A DNA stretch of 64,000 bases, from assembly GCA_000004985.1 (NCBI GenBank), contig GG738900.1. One strand, written 5' to 3'. The notes under the pieces were generated by a model. That model was given only the letters and a program-made list of their open reading frames with translations, did no database searches and was not told where the DNA came from. The number at the start of each line of letters is the position of its first letter. Positions within the stretch are counted from its first letter, which is position 1. A program made the position numbers and the translations under genes. Shown piece after piece: positions 50,533 to 60,655 of this stretch. This stretch comes from Naegleria gruberi. Its lineage: Eukaryota.

Positions 50533-53500
50533 ATGACCAAAGACACGATAAAGGTAGACTTTCGTCTTCACCAGTCCGGTAATGTAAGTGTTCATCATCG
50601 CTACTACAGTTCATCAACGATTCTACAACAATAATTTTCCTTTCTCCATCATCATCAACAAACAACAATAACGAAATACGAAACTAATTTTTATTCGAAA
50701 CAGCTGATTGAAGGTTTTTTAAAAAAGAAGGGTAAAAACTTAATCAATCGAGCACCACTTCGTTACGTAATTGTACGAAAGGATGGTCTTTATTATTTTG
50801 ATGTAAAGAAGGATGAAAAGAATGGTCAAGATCAACCCGATCTTGATACTTGTCTTGGATTTATAAATATTCTTGATTTACAATCAGTGGTTGGAGATGA
50901 ATCTGATAACAAATTAACAATAACAGCAGAAAAGAAAAAGAAAACTAAACAATTTGTATTTTTCACTGAAAATAAGGATTCGTATACAAATTGGTTCAAT
51001 GAAGTAAAGAAATGGGAATCACAAAAAGATTTATATGTAAAATCATCACCTCAAACCAATCAATCAACATTTTCAAGTGGTGCTTCATCAAGAAATTCTG
51101 CAAAATCAGCAACCAATGAATTAACTTCCATCTCACAAAGAGTTCGATCATCTTCGAGTAGACTTTCATTGAACAAACCTATTGATACAGGTGGTCTATT
51201 TTCACAGAGTCCACCTAATAGTGGTGGTGGTGGTGCATTGAGTGGTGGTGTTGCAAGTGGTGGTACTGGAGACAGTTCAGCAACTACTCCATCAACTCCT
51301 TCCACAATTATTTCTGGAAGTTCTGCTACCCCAATTATTAATCCATCCACTACAAATGTTACTGCAGGTACGAGTCCAACTGGTATTGGATCTATTCTCA
51401 ATAGGAAAAAGACAACTTTTGAAGATGAAGATATTGGAACGGAGGCAAATATTTCTGATGAAGAAGATGAATTGGAAAATGACGAAGATGATGATAATAT
51501 GAGTGGTCTCAGTGCAAGAAGTAGAAGTTCAACAAGATCAAGAAGAAGTGGAGTTTTGAAAGGAAAAGAAAAAGGAAATTTGTTTGACTTGTTAAATTCT
51601 CAAAAATTGGCCGAATCAAGTGTTGCTAGAAGACACTCTGTCATGTTTGATAAGGTTTCTGATAGATCTTCAGTTATTTTCGATGATGGATCATCACACA
51701 GTGGTGCTGGAAATCGTAAGAACGATGAAGATCAATTTGATAAGAGAAGATTCCAAAATATCATGTCAATCTTCCCAATTGAAAGAGAACATTCTCGTTA
51801 TTTTGATGATGGTAAACGTGTTGAATTGACTCAACCAATAGCAGAAGTCAAAGAATGGGAAGAAGAATTAATCAGCTTTGAAACTAAACGTTCTCAAAAA
51901 TCAGAAAAAGTTGATGAAAAATCCATCACTACTCTCGTTCCTCATGATTTTGCAGATGCTAAGGAAAAGTGTAAGGAAACTCTTCAACAAGAGGACAAAT
52001 TCTGTTACTGGGCTCACGAAGTTGTGTGGTTCAATCCAAGAGTAGTCGGTAATAAGAATCAATACAAGGAAGCACTTCTCGTGTTGGGTAACAGAAATTT
52101 GTACATTATTGACTCGAAGAGTTTCAAAACTGAAACAAAGGTCAGAGTGAATGATATTGTTCACATTGTTCAATCTGGTTATGAGGATGACATTGTTGGT
52201 ATTGTAAGAAAGAAGGACAGAGAGGAAATGTACGATATTCTATTCCAATTCACAGAAACTAAAAAAACAAGAGGTGCCGATGAGACATCCATTACTGTTC
52301 AAGATGAAGAGAGAATTAGAGGGAAATCATTTGCTAACAGTTGTTCTGCTCTCTTTAAGGAACAAGAAAATGAAATCTACTTGAAAAAGATTGAATTCTT
52401 TGATTATATTTCAGCAATTTTCCTTTCACAAAGAGGTTTGCAACTTAAAATCTTCTTTGTCAATGATGTAAGACAAGCAGTTAGAACAACTGAAAAGGAA
52501 GATCCAATTGACTTGAATGAAAAGAATATTCTCGAATCAACATCCATTCTCCAAATCGATAAGAAGCATGATTTTATCAAACTCTATTTGGAACCAATTA
52601 GATGTAGAGTTATGAGTGAATTTGGTGATAAACAAGTGCTATTTGCTGGTCTCCTTGGTAAGAAGAATAAGAGAAACAAGTATCAAAATCGTACCATTGT
52701 CATTACTAATAGAGCTCTCTACGTCTTTGATCCAAAGAAGCAAAAATCATTCAAGAGAAGAATTAAACTCTCTGAAATCTCAAGAGTTTACAGAAATAAG
52801 AAGAAGGGTGTATTGATTGATGTTCCTAGTGAATATCCACTTTGTTTGGTTCCAAAGCAAAATATGGACGTTTTTGAAGATTTTATAACTGTTCTCTCTA
52901 CTTTGTATTTTGATAAGGATTTAGTTCAACATGTAAAGGATAATGAATTTGATTCATTTGACTTGGAAAAGTCTCAAGGTTTCAAGGAAAAGATGAACGA
53001 AACTGAAGATATTTTACAAGTCCACAATCAGCTCAGAACAGCCATTAGTTCTAAAGATGTTAACCAAGTTAGAGAATATTTGGCCTACGCTGATGCATTG
53101 GTTGGTAAGAGAGATCCTCAAGAAACTATGAGTATTAGAGATTTGAGAATTCAAGCTAGTGAATTCTTAGCTGATGTTCGTTTACAAGAATTCATCAAGG
53201 AAAAACTTCAAACTGCTTTCATTAACAGAGATTTCCTTGAAATGAGTAGAATGTTGGATCACATTGAAACTATCAAGAAGGAAAGAGGTGAGGAAGAAAT
53301 CTACAAAGTACTTGCTGACTATCTCAAGAGTATCAAAACTGAAAAGGAAGTTGTCATTAACAAACACTTACTCATGACAAGAATCGAATATTTACTTGCT
53401 GGAGGTGTTGATACAGATAATGAGAGAAGAATTCTCGAAGCTGTTGATATAGCCAAGAGAGCTGGTTTCGTAAAGGAAGTTGAAAAGTACAAACAAGAGT

Positions 53501-56382
53501 ACGACAAGGAAAAGCAAAAGATCTACATTGATCAACAAATTGCCGAAGTCATCGATAGAAAGAAGAAGAATACCAGCTTTGACTCAGATGCCGATCGTTT
53601 GATTTGTCTGATTGAAAACGCCAAAGCATTGGGAATTTATGAAGGCAAAATCCAAAAGACATTCGAAGAAAATACCAAAGATTTCATTACCAACAAATCC
53701 AACAATCACAATTTCAAGTCAGTTATTGAACAAACTAGAAAGGATATTGAGAGTAATCATTCTAAACTCAAGAAGGAAATTGAAAAGGTCAAGATTGGAG
53801 CTGAAGGTTATACCAACATTGATAAGGCCCTCGTTGATGAAGCTGAAAAGGTCCTCAAGGAAATTGAAAATATCAGAAAGTACCAAAAGAAATTGAATAC
53901 TATTCTTGATAAGACTGAAAAGGGAGTTTTCAAATTGGAAGAAGCTCAATATCTCATTGAAAAGTGTAAGAAAAAGTTGGCTAGTAAACGTAAAGGATAC
54001 GGAGAAACAAAGGACTATAGAGAGTTGACCAAGAGAGCTAACAATACATACAATGAACTCAAACGTGAAACCAAGAGAATTTACAAACAAGAAGCTTCAA
54101 ACATTGCTTTGACTTTGAAGAAACTTCTCGACGATCAACAATACGACATGTTGAGACAAAAACTTGCCCAAATCAATACTGCAGAAATCAAACCAGCTCT
54201 TGTTGCAGAACTTCCTGAACTTCAAAAGATCATTGATGAAGTTGTTGACAATTTGAATACCTTTGACTTTATGAGAAAGTTGTCTGGTGTTGGTGTTGAA
54301 AAGGAATACTCCTACAAGGATGTTGAAAAGGTTCTCAAATTTAAAGAATTTGCTGAGAGAAATCCACGTGAACTCTCTGAAGAACAACAAGAATCACTCG
54401 AAAAGATTGAAAAGAAGGTTGCTATGGAATTCAAACTCTACAATGAAATCCAAGAAGAAAAGAAGAGATTTAAGGATATTTCAGCTGAAATTTTCAATTT
54501 CCAAAAGGTTGAAATTTTATTAGAAAATGTTTCGGATATTCCTTCCTTGGAAGATGAAGCAATTGAATTAGCAAACATGGTGAGAATGAAGAAGACTTTC
54601 AACATGTATGTTAGAGAAATTCAAAAGAGAAAGGCAACAGCAAGAAGCTACGATGACATTTTGAGAAAGGCCTCAAAGGAGAACATTGATGTGAATATTC
54701 TTGTTGGTGCTGCAATGACTCAAAAGACAAACGATGTTCAATTGGAAGATGAGTTGAATGAATTGATTAGAAGAAAGGACTTGAAGAAATTACAAGATTT
54801 CATTGGTAAGAATTCAGATACCATGCCAAGAAATTTACTCAAAATGGCAAATGCCAAGTTGAACAATTTGAGAAGAGAAAATATGTCACCTCTTGAATTG
54901 ATTGAACAAATTAACAATGCTATTGACGTTCATGCTAAGGAAGAATTGTTAAATGCAATTGAAATTGCTAACAAATTATTGAACGAAGATATTGCTGAAC
55001 AATCCAAGACTCAACTTCAAAATGCCATCGAACGTGCCCAAGTAACCATCAAGGAAATTACAAACAAGGAAAATATCGAAAAGATCAAATTGTATCCACA
55101 AGAATTCATGAAAGAAGCTTTGCATTCTGATGATTTTGATGAAATTGATGTTGAAAATGATTCATTCAACATGACAAGAAAGCTTCGTCAAGTTCAAGGG
55201 CTCACCGATTACTCATCCTTGTCCAGAGAGGAAAAACAAAAGTACCTCTTTGAAATATTCCAAAGCAAGAGCATGAATTCAGATAATGAACTGTTACAAA
55301 GATTGACTTATCATGTCAACAAGCTCAGAGCTTTCTGTGAATCAAGAGAAGGCTCACATTCTGAAGAGGAAATGTATGTCGTCGAGAGAGACAATGTATT
55401 CGGCCAAAACTTGATCAAAGTTCTCTACGATATTTTGAATCACAAGACAAAGAAACGTTTCTTCTACTTGTCTAAGGATCCATATGAAATTCTGAGTGGT
55501 TTGAAGGCATCCAATGATCACATTGGTAAACTTGTCGATTCATTTGATTCTAACGAATTGGTTAAAAGATTGAAGAAGGAAAAGAAAAACGAAGCTCTTT
55601 CAGTCCAATTTATTTACTACCTCCTCTCTGAACGTTCTTTCATGTTTGTGGTTGAATTATTGTTAACATCTGACGCCTACCTAAAGGATTGCTACGAATT
55701 GGATTCTGTAGTTCTTGATAGAAGATACAGAGATGATATTTACCCACTCATGTCATTATTGGCCATGTTCCAATTCACATTCTCACTTAGATCATCAACT
55801 GATGTGTTGGCTGCTTCTCCAGTTTCCAGACTGAAAGGTATTGTCAGATCGATTGTACACTACTTTGTATCGAATAGAACTGAAACTAAATCTAATTTAG
55901 AACTCAGTGGCAAGGAAGATTGGGAGAAGAGTAACATTGGTGAGCTGATTCGTAAAAAGTTGGTACCAACAGTTGCAGAAATATTCAATCACAAGTTCAA
56001 GAGTGGTTTCATTTCAAAATATCACATTTGGCAATTCATTCAAGATGTTGCTGAACAAAAGAGAATCAGTGCTATTGACATTGGAGGTATCAATTTACCA
56101 ACTGCAATTGATTTTGTGAACGAGGCAGTTGATAATCCTTTAGACTTTGACTTTAAATTCGAGACATTTATTTGTTACGCTTTGAATAGAGGTCTTATGG
56201 CTGAATTCTTTGAAAGTATCTTGAAGGACAGATCATTCCTAGCTAAGTATTATGACCAATATGCTCTAGTATTAGATAAGGATGTTATCGGTAACACTGT
56301 CAAATATTTCGAAATCATTTCTCAATTACCATTCGATTTAATAGAATCCTCTGAAAAGTATAACCAAAAATATAACCAATAA
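50533..56382 (+). CDS. large PH-domain / coiled-coil / RUN-domain protein, 2 exons
   Basis: Exon 1 is 50533-50583 (MTKDTIKVDFRLHQSGN). The intron is 50584-50703 (GTAAGT..ACAG). Exon 2 is 50704-56382. The PH-like N-terminus is LIEGFLKKKGKNL..RYVIVRKDGLYYFD....FVFFTENKDSYTNWFNEVKKW. About 900 aa of charged coiled coil follow. Two C-terminal segments look RUN-like (LIKVLYDILNHK...FIYYLLSERSF..LL...AYLKDCYE; HIWQFIQDV...FICYALNRGLMAEFFESIL). Confidence 0.7.
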
Positions 56383-56386
56383 AAAT

Positions 56387-57397
56387 TTAACTTAATGCTC
56401 CTGATTTTGCTAATTTATCAGCCATTTCATTTCCATAAATATTTGTGTGACCTGCAACATAGGTAAATTTAACATCTGTCTTTTTGTTAATTTCAGCAAT
56501 TAATTCTCTAAATAAATCCAAATTTTGAATGTCTTTTTTAGAAGCAGTCTTCCAATCATTCTTTTCCCAAACAAATCTCCACAATGTCATTGCATTTATC
56601 ACATATTTTGAATCTGTCAAAATTTCCACATATTCCTCATTTGGAAGTAATTTAAGAGCAATTGCTGCTGCCTTAATTTCAGCTCTTTGATTAGAAGGTG
56701 GACCTTCTAAATATCCACTATAATTCAAAGGATCATCATCTCCAAAAAAGCAGCCAACTCCAGCAATACTATTTTCACTTCCATTAGCAAAACAACATCC
56801 ATCTGTATAAACTTGTCTATATACAGCACCACTCTTCACCTTCTTCTTTTTAGGAGATGCTGTTTCACTATCATTCGATGAAGAAGCCACAGTCGAGGAA
56901 GAAGAAGCACCTTCCGAAGCTGAACTCTTTCTCTTGAGTGATTTTTCAGATGATTCCGAAGAAGCAACTTCAACAACAGGTGATGCTGATTTACTCTCCT
57001 CATCAATAAACTTTTGTGCTTGTTCCATACTGGTGAATGATTTGAATTTTGCTCCAGAGAAAGCCTTCACTTGAGCTTCACATTCTGGCCAGGTTTTATA
57101 AATTCCAGGAGTTCTTCCCTTTGCGACTGCATAATATTTACGTTGTTGTGGAGGCATGGTTAGGCAATTAATGTTCGTATTGGCCAATAATAATAAATTA
57201 TTCTTCTTCTTATTCAATAATAGACAATAATTAATATCTCGTTTCAACTCTACGGAATTATTTCCAACAAGCAATGATGAGGAAGAGGAATTTTGTACAC
57301 TCAATAATAATGGAGAACTCTCCAAAAAATTGCAATTTCTTATTGTTGTGGATGTTTGTTTAAATTTAAAAGAAAAAACTCTCAATACGTTTTTCAT
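56387..57397 (-). CDS. RNASEH1: ribonuclease H1 (hybrid-binding domain + RNase H domain), possible N-terminal targeting extension
   Basis: HBD: KYYAVAKGRTPGIYKTWPECEAQVKAFSGAKFKSFTSMEQAQKFI. RNase H: VYTDGCCFANGS..AGVGCFFG, NQRAEIKAAAIAL, ILTDSKYVIN, VAGHTNIYGNEMADKLAK (DEDD residues). There are two in-frame ATGs, at 57397 and 57157. Confidence 0.88.
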   Translation of the reverse strand: MKNVLRVFSFKFKQTSTTIRNCNFLESSPLLLSVQNSSSSSLLVGNNSVELKRDINYCLLLNKKKNNLLLLANTNINCLTMPPQQRKYYAVAKGRTPGIYKTWPECEAQVKAFSGAKFKSFTSMEQAQKFIDEESKSASPVVEVASSESSEKSLKRKSSASEGASSSSTVASSSNDSETASPKKKKVKSGAVYRQVYTDGCCFANGSENSIAGVGCFFGDDDPLNYSGYLEGPPSNQRAEIKAAAIALKLLPNEEYVEILTDSKYVINAMTLWRFVWEKNDWKTASKKDIQNLDLFRELIAEINKKTDVKFTYVAGHTNIYGNEMADKLAKSGALS

Positions 57398-57495
57398 TCA
57401 ATTTTTTTCAAATTTAATTTTGATTTATTTTGATTTTTCTTGAGAAGAAATAATTGGAATTCTTTTGATTTCAATAAATAATGAATGGATTTTAT

Positions 57496-59745
57496 TTAAT
57501 GGTGAGAGTGACCATGATCACAATCATCCAAACAACCCATCATGGTTGGAAGTGGGAACATTGACATGAAAATTCTTCGAATGACAATTTCCAAAAATCC
57601 TCGATTTCTTTCCTCAACACATTCGATAATTTCACCCATGCTAGAGACCTTTACAATGACCTTATCTTCCTTATCTACAACATCAATTTCTCTATTTTCT
57701 GAGAGTCTACATGTGCATTCTCCAAAATGTTCTTTAAGCATTTGTTGAATGCAATATAACATTTTCAATTCATCCTTTCCTTCATCGAGTAAACTTTCAT
57801 GGAAAGATTTGTCAGTATATAAGATTAAATTACAGATACTATCAACAATAGTGTCATTTGCTGCACTACTTGGCCATTCAATGACACCACATGGTGTCTT
57901 TTCTTGTAATCTCAATTCAATTCTGACAACACCATCAATGAAAATGACAATAGGTTTGGCAGCTTCTGCAGCAAACTCTATTGGAGTATATTTGATGTCT
58001 TCCTTCTTGTCATCTGTTGTGTCCATAATTTCTGATTTAACTTGAACTTCGGTAGGTTCGGTTTCCAAAGTTACATTGCTAAATACTGATCTAATTAATT
58101 GTTCATATGGTACTGTATCATTCAATGGTACAAGGAGTGTTTGCTTAACACCAGAGCAACAAACATCAGAGTACAATTTAAGATCCTTTTCGTTCAAAAG
58201 TAAATGTTGGAAATTGTGATGCAAAAGAATACCATTAATTTCGTCACCATCTTCATATTTTGTAACTGCAAGTTGACCTAAAACCTTGGCTCTCTTTTCA
58301 CCTTGGAACATAATATTAATGCTTGTACAATTCTTTGGTGCATAAACCTTGCTGTCTGTAAACTTGCTTTGAAGTGAATGCTTCAAACGATTGCAATTAG
58401 CAAGATCTCCGTGTACTAAAATAATGTGAGGAGGTTTGATAGTTCCAATAAATTCCTCTGTTTGTGCCTTATCAGAGTGAGCAGAGAATGAAATAGTTCT
58501 CACACTCATTCTCAATGGAACTGTATTACCATTTGAAAGTGTAACAGTTTCAGGTTCACTCATAATTTTCTTAGCAAGTGTACCATCAACTGAATAACCA
58601 GCAATGATAACACCATTCTTGGCATCTTGACACCACAATTCAAACAATTCCTTTGACAAACCAGATTGAAGCATACCAGGACTGGCCATAATGACACAAG
58701 GACCATTATCTTGGAAGTCTTCAATAGATCTCAAATTACTGATATGCTTAAAAACGAAAGGATTGTGAATATCAAATTGTTTTCTAATCTTGTCATTCAT
58801 CATGTTAATATAAGTTTGGAAAATGGTCATACATTTCTTAGCAAGGGAAGAAGCATAATAAATAGGAATATGTTGTAAATCTTGATGTGTTTCCCAAAAT
58901 TCATCTAGAATGAGAAGAAGCTCTTGTGCTCTTCCCAAAGCAAATACGGGTATAAGACAACGACCTCCTCTCTTAACAATTTCAGTAACCATTTGTGTAA
59001 AACGTTTTTCTCTTTCAGATTGACTTTCATGTACTTGAATACCATAAGTAGATTCTACAATAAGAACATCAGGTGACATTGTTGGTGTTTCAGCTCCTAG
59101 TAAATGTCTATCTGGTTGCCTAGAAAAGTCTCCTGTATATAAAACTCTTACACCTGCAATTTCTACCATAAACATGGCTGCTCCTAATACGTGTCCAGCA
59201 TTATAACACCAAAATTTAATTCCATTATGTTCCAATTCTTGATGATAATCAATAAGTTCAATTTTCTTCAGTGAATCAAGTAAATTTTGTTCTGTGAAAA
59301 GTTGATCATCTACATGAACATCACTCACTTTAACAAAGTCAGTCAACAATAATTTATAGATAGCTTTAGTAGGGTGAGTCATGAATACTCTTCCTTGGAA
59401 ATTTGTATGTTCAGTAAAGTAAGGAAGTGCTCCGCAGTGATCCAAATGAAAATGTGTTACTAAAACTAAATCAATTTCACTAGGTTCTATCGTATCAAAG
59501 AAAGGAAGACTAGCCATACCAGTGAATGCAGGGTGAATACCACAATCAAAAAGAACAGTCTTTCCCTTGAATTGTAGAAGGACTGCACTTCTTCCGACTT
59601 CATTTCCTGCTCCTAATGGAGTTACAACTAATTTTTCTCCGTAAATATATTGTGTGTGAGGTGTGTTTTTTGTGATGGTAACAGGTTGTGGTGTTGCCGA
59701 TGACGATGATGGTGGAGGATTTGATGAAGGAGTGTTTGAAATCAT
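57496..59745 (-). CDS. CPSF3: cleavage and polyadenylation specificity factor 73 kDa subunit (CPSF3)
   Basis: 749-aa ORF. TPLGAGNEVGRSAVLLQFKGKTVLFDCGIHP, THFHLDHCGALPYF, GIKFWCYNAGHVLGAAMFMVEIAGVRVLYTGDFSRQPDRHL, IPVFALGRAQELLLILDEFW and VIMASPGMLQSGLS are near-identical to metazoan CPSF73 blocks (MBL + beta-CASP). Confidence 0.93.
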   Translation of the reverse strand: MISNTPSSNPPPSSSSATPQPVTITKNTPHTQYIYGEKLVVTPLGAGNEVGRSAVLLQFKGKTVLFDCGIHPAFTGMASLPFFDTIEPSEIDLVLVTHFHLDHCGALPYFTEHTNFQGRVFMTHPTKAIYKLLLTDFVKVSDVHVDDQLFTEQNLLDSLKKIELIDYHQELEHNGIKFWCYNAGHVLGAAMFMVEIAGVRVLYTGDFSRQPDRHLLGAETPTMSPDVLIVESTYGIQVHESQSEREKRFTQMVTEIVKRGGRCLIPVFALGRAQELLLILDEFWETHQDLQHIPIYYASSLAKKCMTIFQTYINMMNDKIRKQFDIHNPFVFKHISNLRSIEDFQDNGPCVIMASPGMLQSGLSKELFELWCQDAKNGVIIAGYSVDGTLAKKIMSEPETVTLSNGNTVPLRMSVRTISFSAHSDKAQTEEFIGTIKPPHIILVHGDLANCNRLKHSLQSKFTDSKVYAPKNCTSINIMFQGEKRAKVLGQLAVTKYEDGDEINGILLHHNFQHLLLNEKDLKLYSDVCCSGVKQTLLVPLNDTVPYEQLIRSVFSNVTLETEPTEVQVKSEIMDTTDDKKEDIKYTPIEFAAEAAKPIVIFIDGVVRIELRLQEKTPCGVIEWPSSAANDTIVDSICNLILYTDKSFHESLLDEGKDELKMLYCIQQMLKEHFGECTCRLSENREIDVVDKEDKVIVKVSSMGEIIECVEERNRGFLEIVIRRIFMSMFPLPTMMGCLDDCDHGHSHH

Positions 59746-60087
59746 TTTTTTTAATTTATTTAAATCGTCTTCATATTATTATTTAATGTTGTCTACAATA
59801 CTGCAAAGAATCATTGTTGTGATGAATCTTTAAATACACCTTCAATCAAACAGAATGAGATGATCTTTATAATATTGGTGGAGAAATCCGAGGTGGATTT
59901 GTCATCTTGAAGCTGGATTGATTTGTTGAAAAGCTCAATTTTTGTTGTATAACAATTTAAACATTTAAATCTCAACTCTTCCGAGCTCAACTTTCCCATT
60001 TATCTTAACAAAACACATTCCAGCTTTCTTCATCACTACATATTAATCAAAAAATAAATATTTTTAATTTTTTTATTAATTTAAAAA

Positions 60088-60459
60088 ATGCTCTTCAAAT
60101 CACTCGCTCGTTCTCAAGCCAGCAGACAAATCATCGCTAGAAATTTTGCTGGTGTTAGATCTTTCCAAACTAACATTGCACAAAGAGGAGGTGGTCATCA
60201 TGACGAACATCACGACTCTCATCATGATGAACATCATCACGAAGAACCATATACGGATAATGATGGTAGACTCTTTGGTATTGCTCAAGGAGAACAATAT
60301 AAATCACAAGGATGGGAAAAGAGATTCCTCCCACTCATGTACGGAGGTGTTCTTCTTTTAGTTATTGGTCTTGCTTTCAAGCCAGATTATAGCGTTCAAA
60401 GTTGGGCTAAAGAAGAAGCACTCAGAAGAAGAGCTGCCCGAACATCTCAACAAGAATAA
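60088..60459 (+). CDS. NDUFB11: probable complex I accessory subunit NDUFB11/ESSS-like, mitochondrial
   Basis: 123 aa. It has a presequence-like N-terminus (MLFKSLARSQASRQIIARNFAGVRSF) and a single TM (MYGGVLLLVIGLAF), followed by KPDYSVQSWAKEEALRRRA, which resembles the ESSS motif (LPDYRMKEWSRREAERL in human). A His-rich insert (HHDEHHDSHHDEHHHEE) is present. Confidence 0.5.
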   Translation: MLFKSLARSQASRQIIARNFAGVRSFQTNIAQRGGGHHDEHHDSHHDEHHHEEPYTDNDGRLFGIAQGEQYKSQGWEKRFLPLMYGGVLLLVIGLAFKPDYSVQSWAKEEALRRRAARTSQQE

Positions 60460-60655
60460 TTCTTTAAATTTTGTATGATAATAATAGAGGATTTAAACTT
60501 GTTTGGGTATGATTTGGCTCTTTGTAACCCGATAGAGGGAATATTTATTAATAATAACAACATAATTTCTAAAAGATAATATGAACACTAGTATTATTAT
60601 TGAAAAGTTATTTTCGGATGAATGTTTATTATGATATCGCATAATGTACAAAAAC

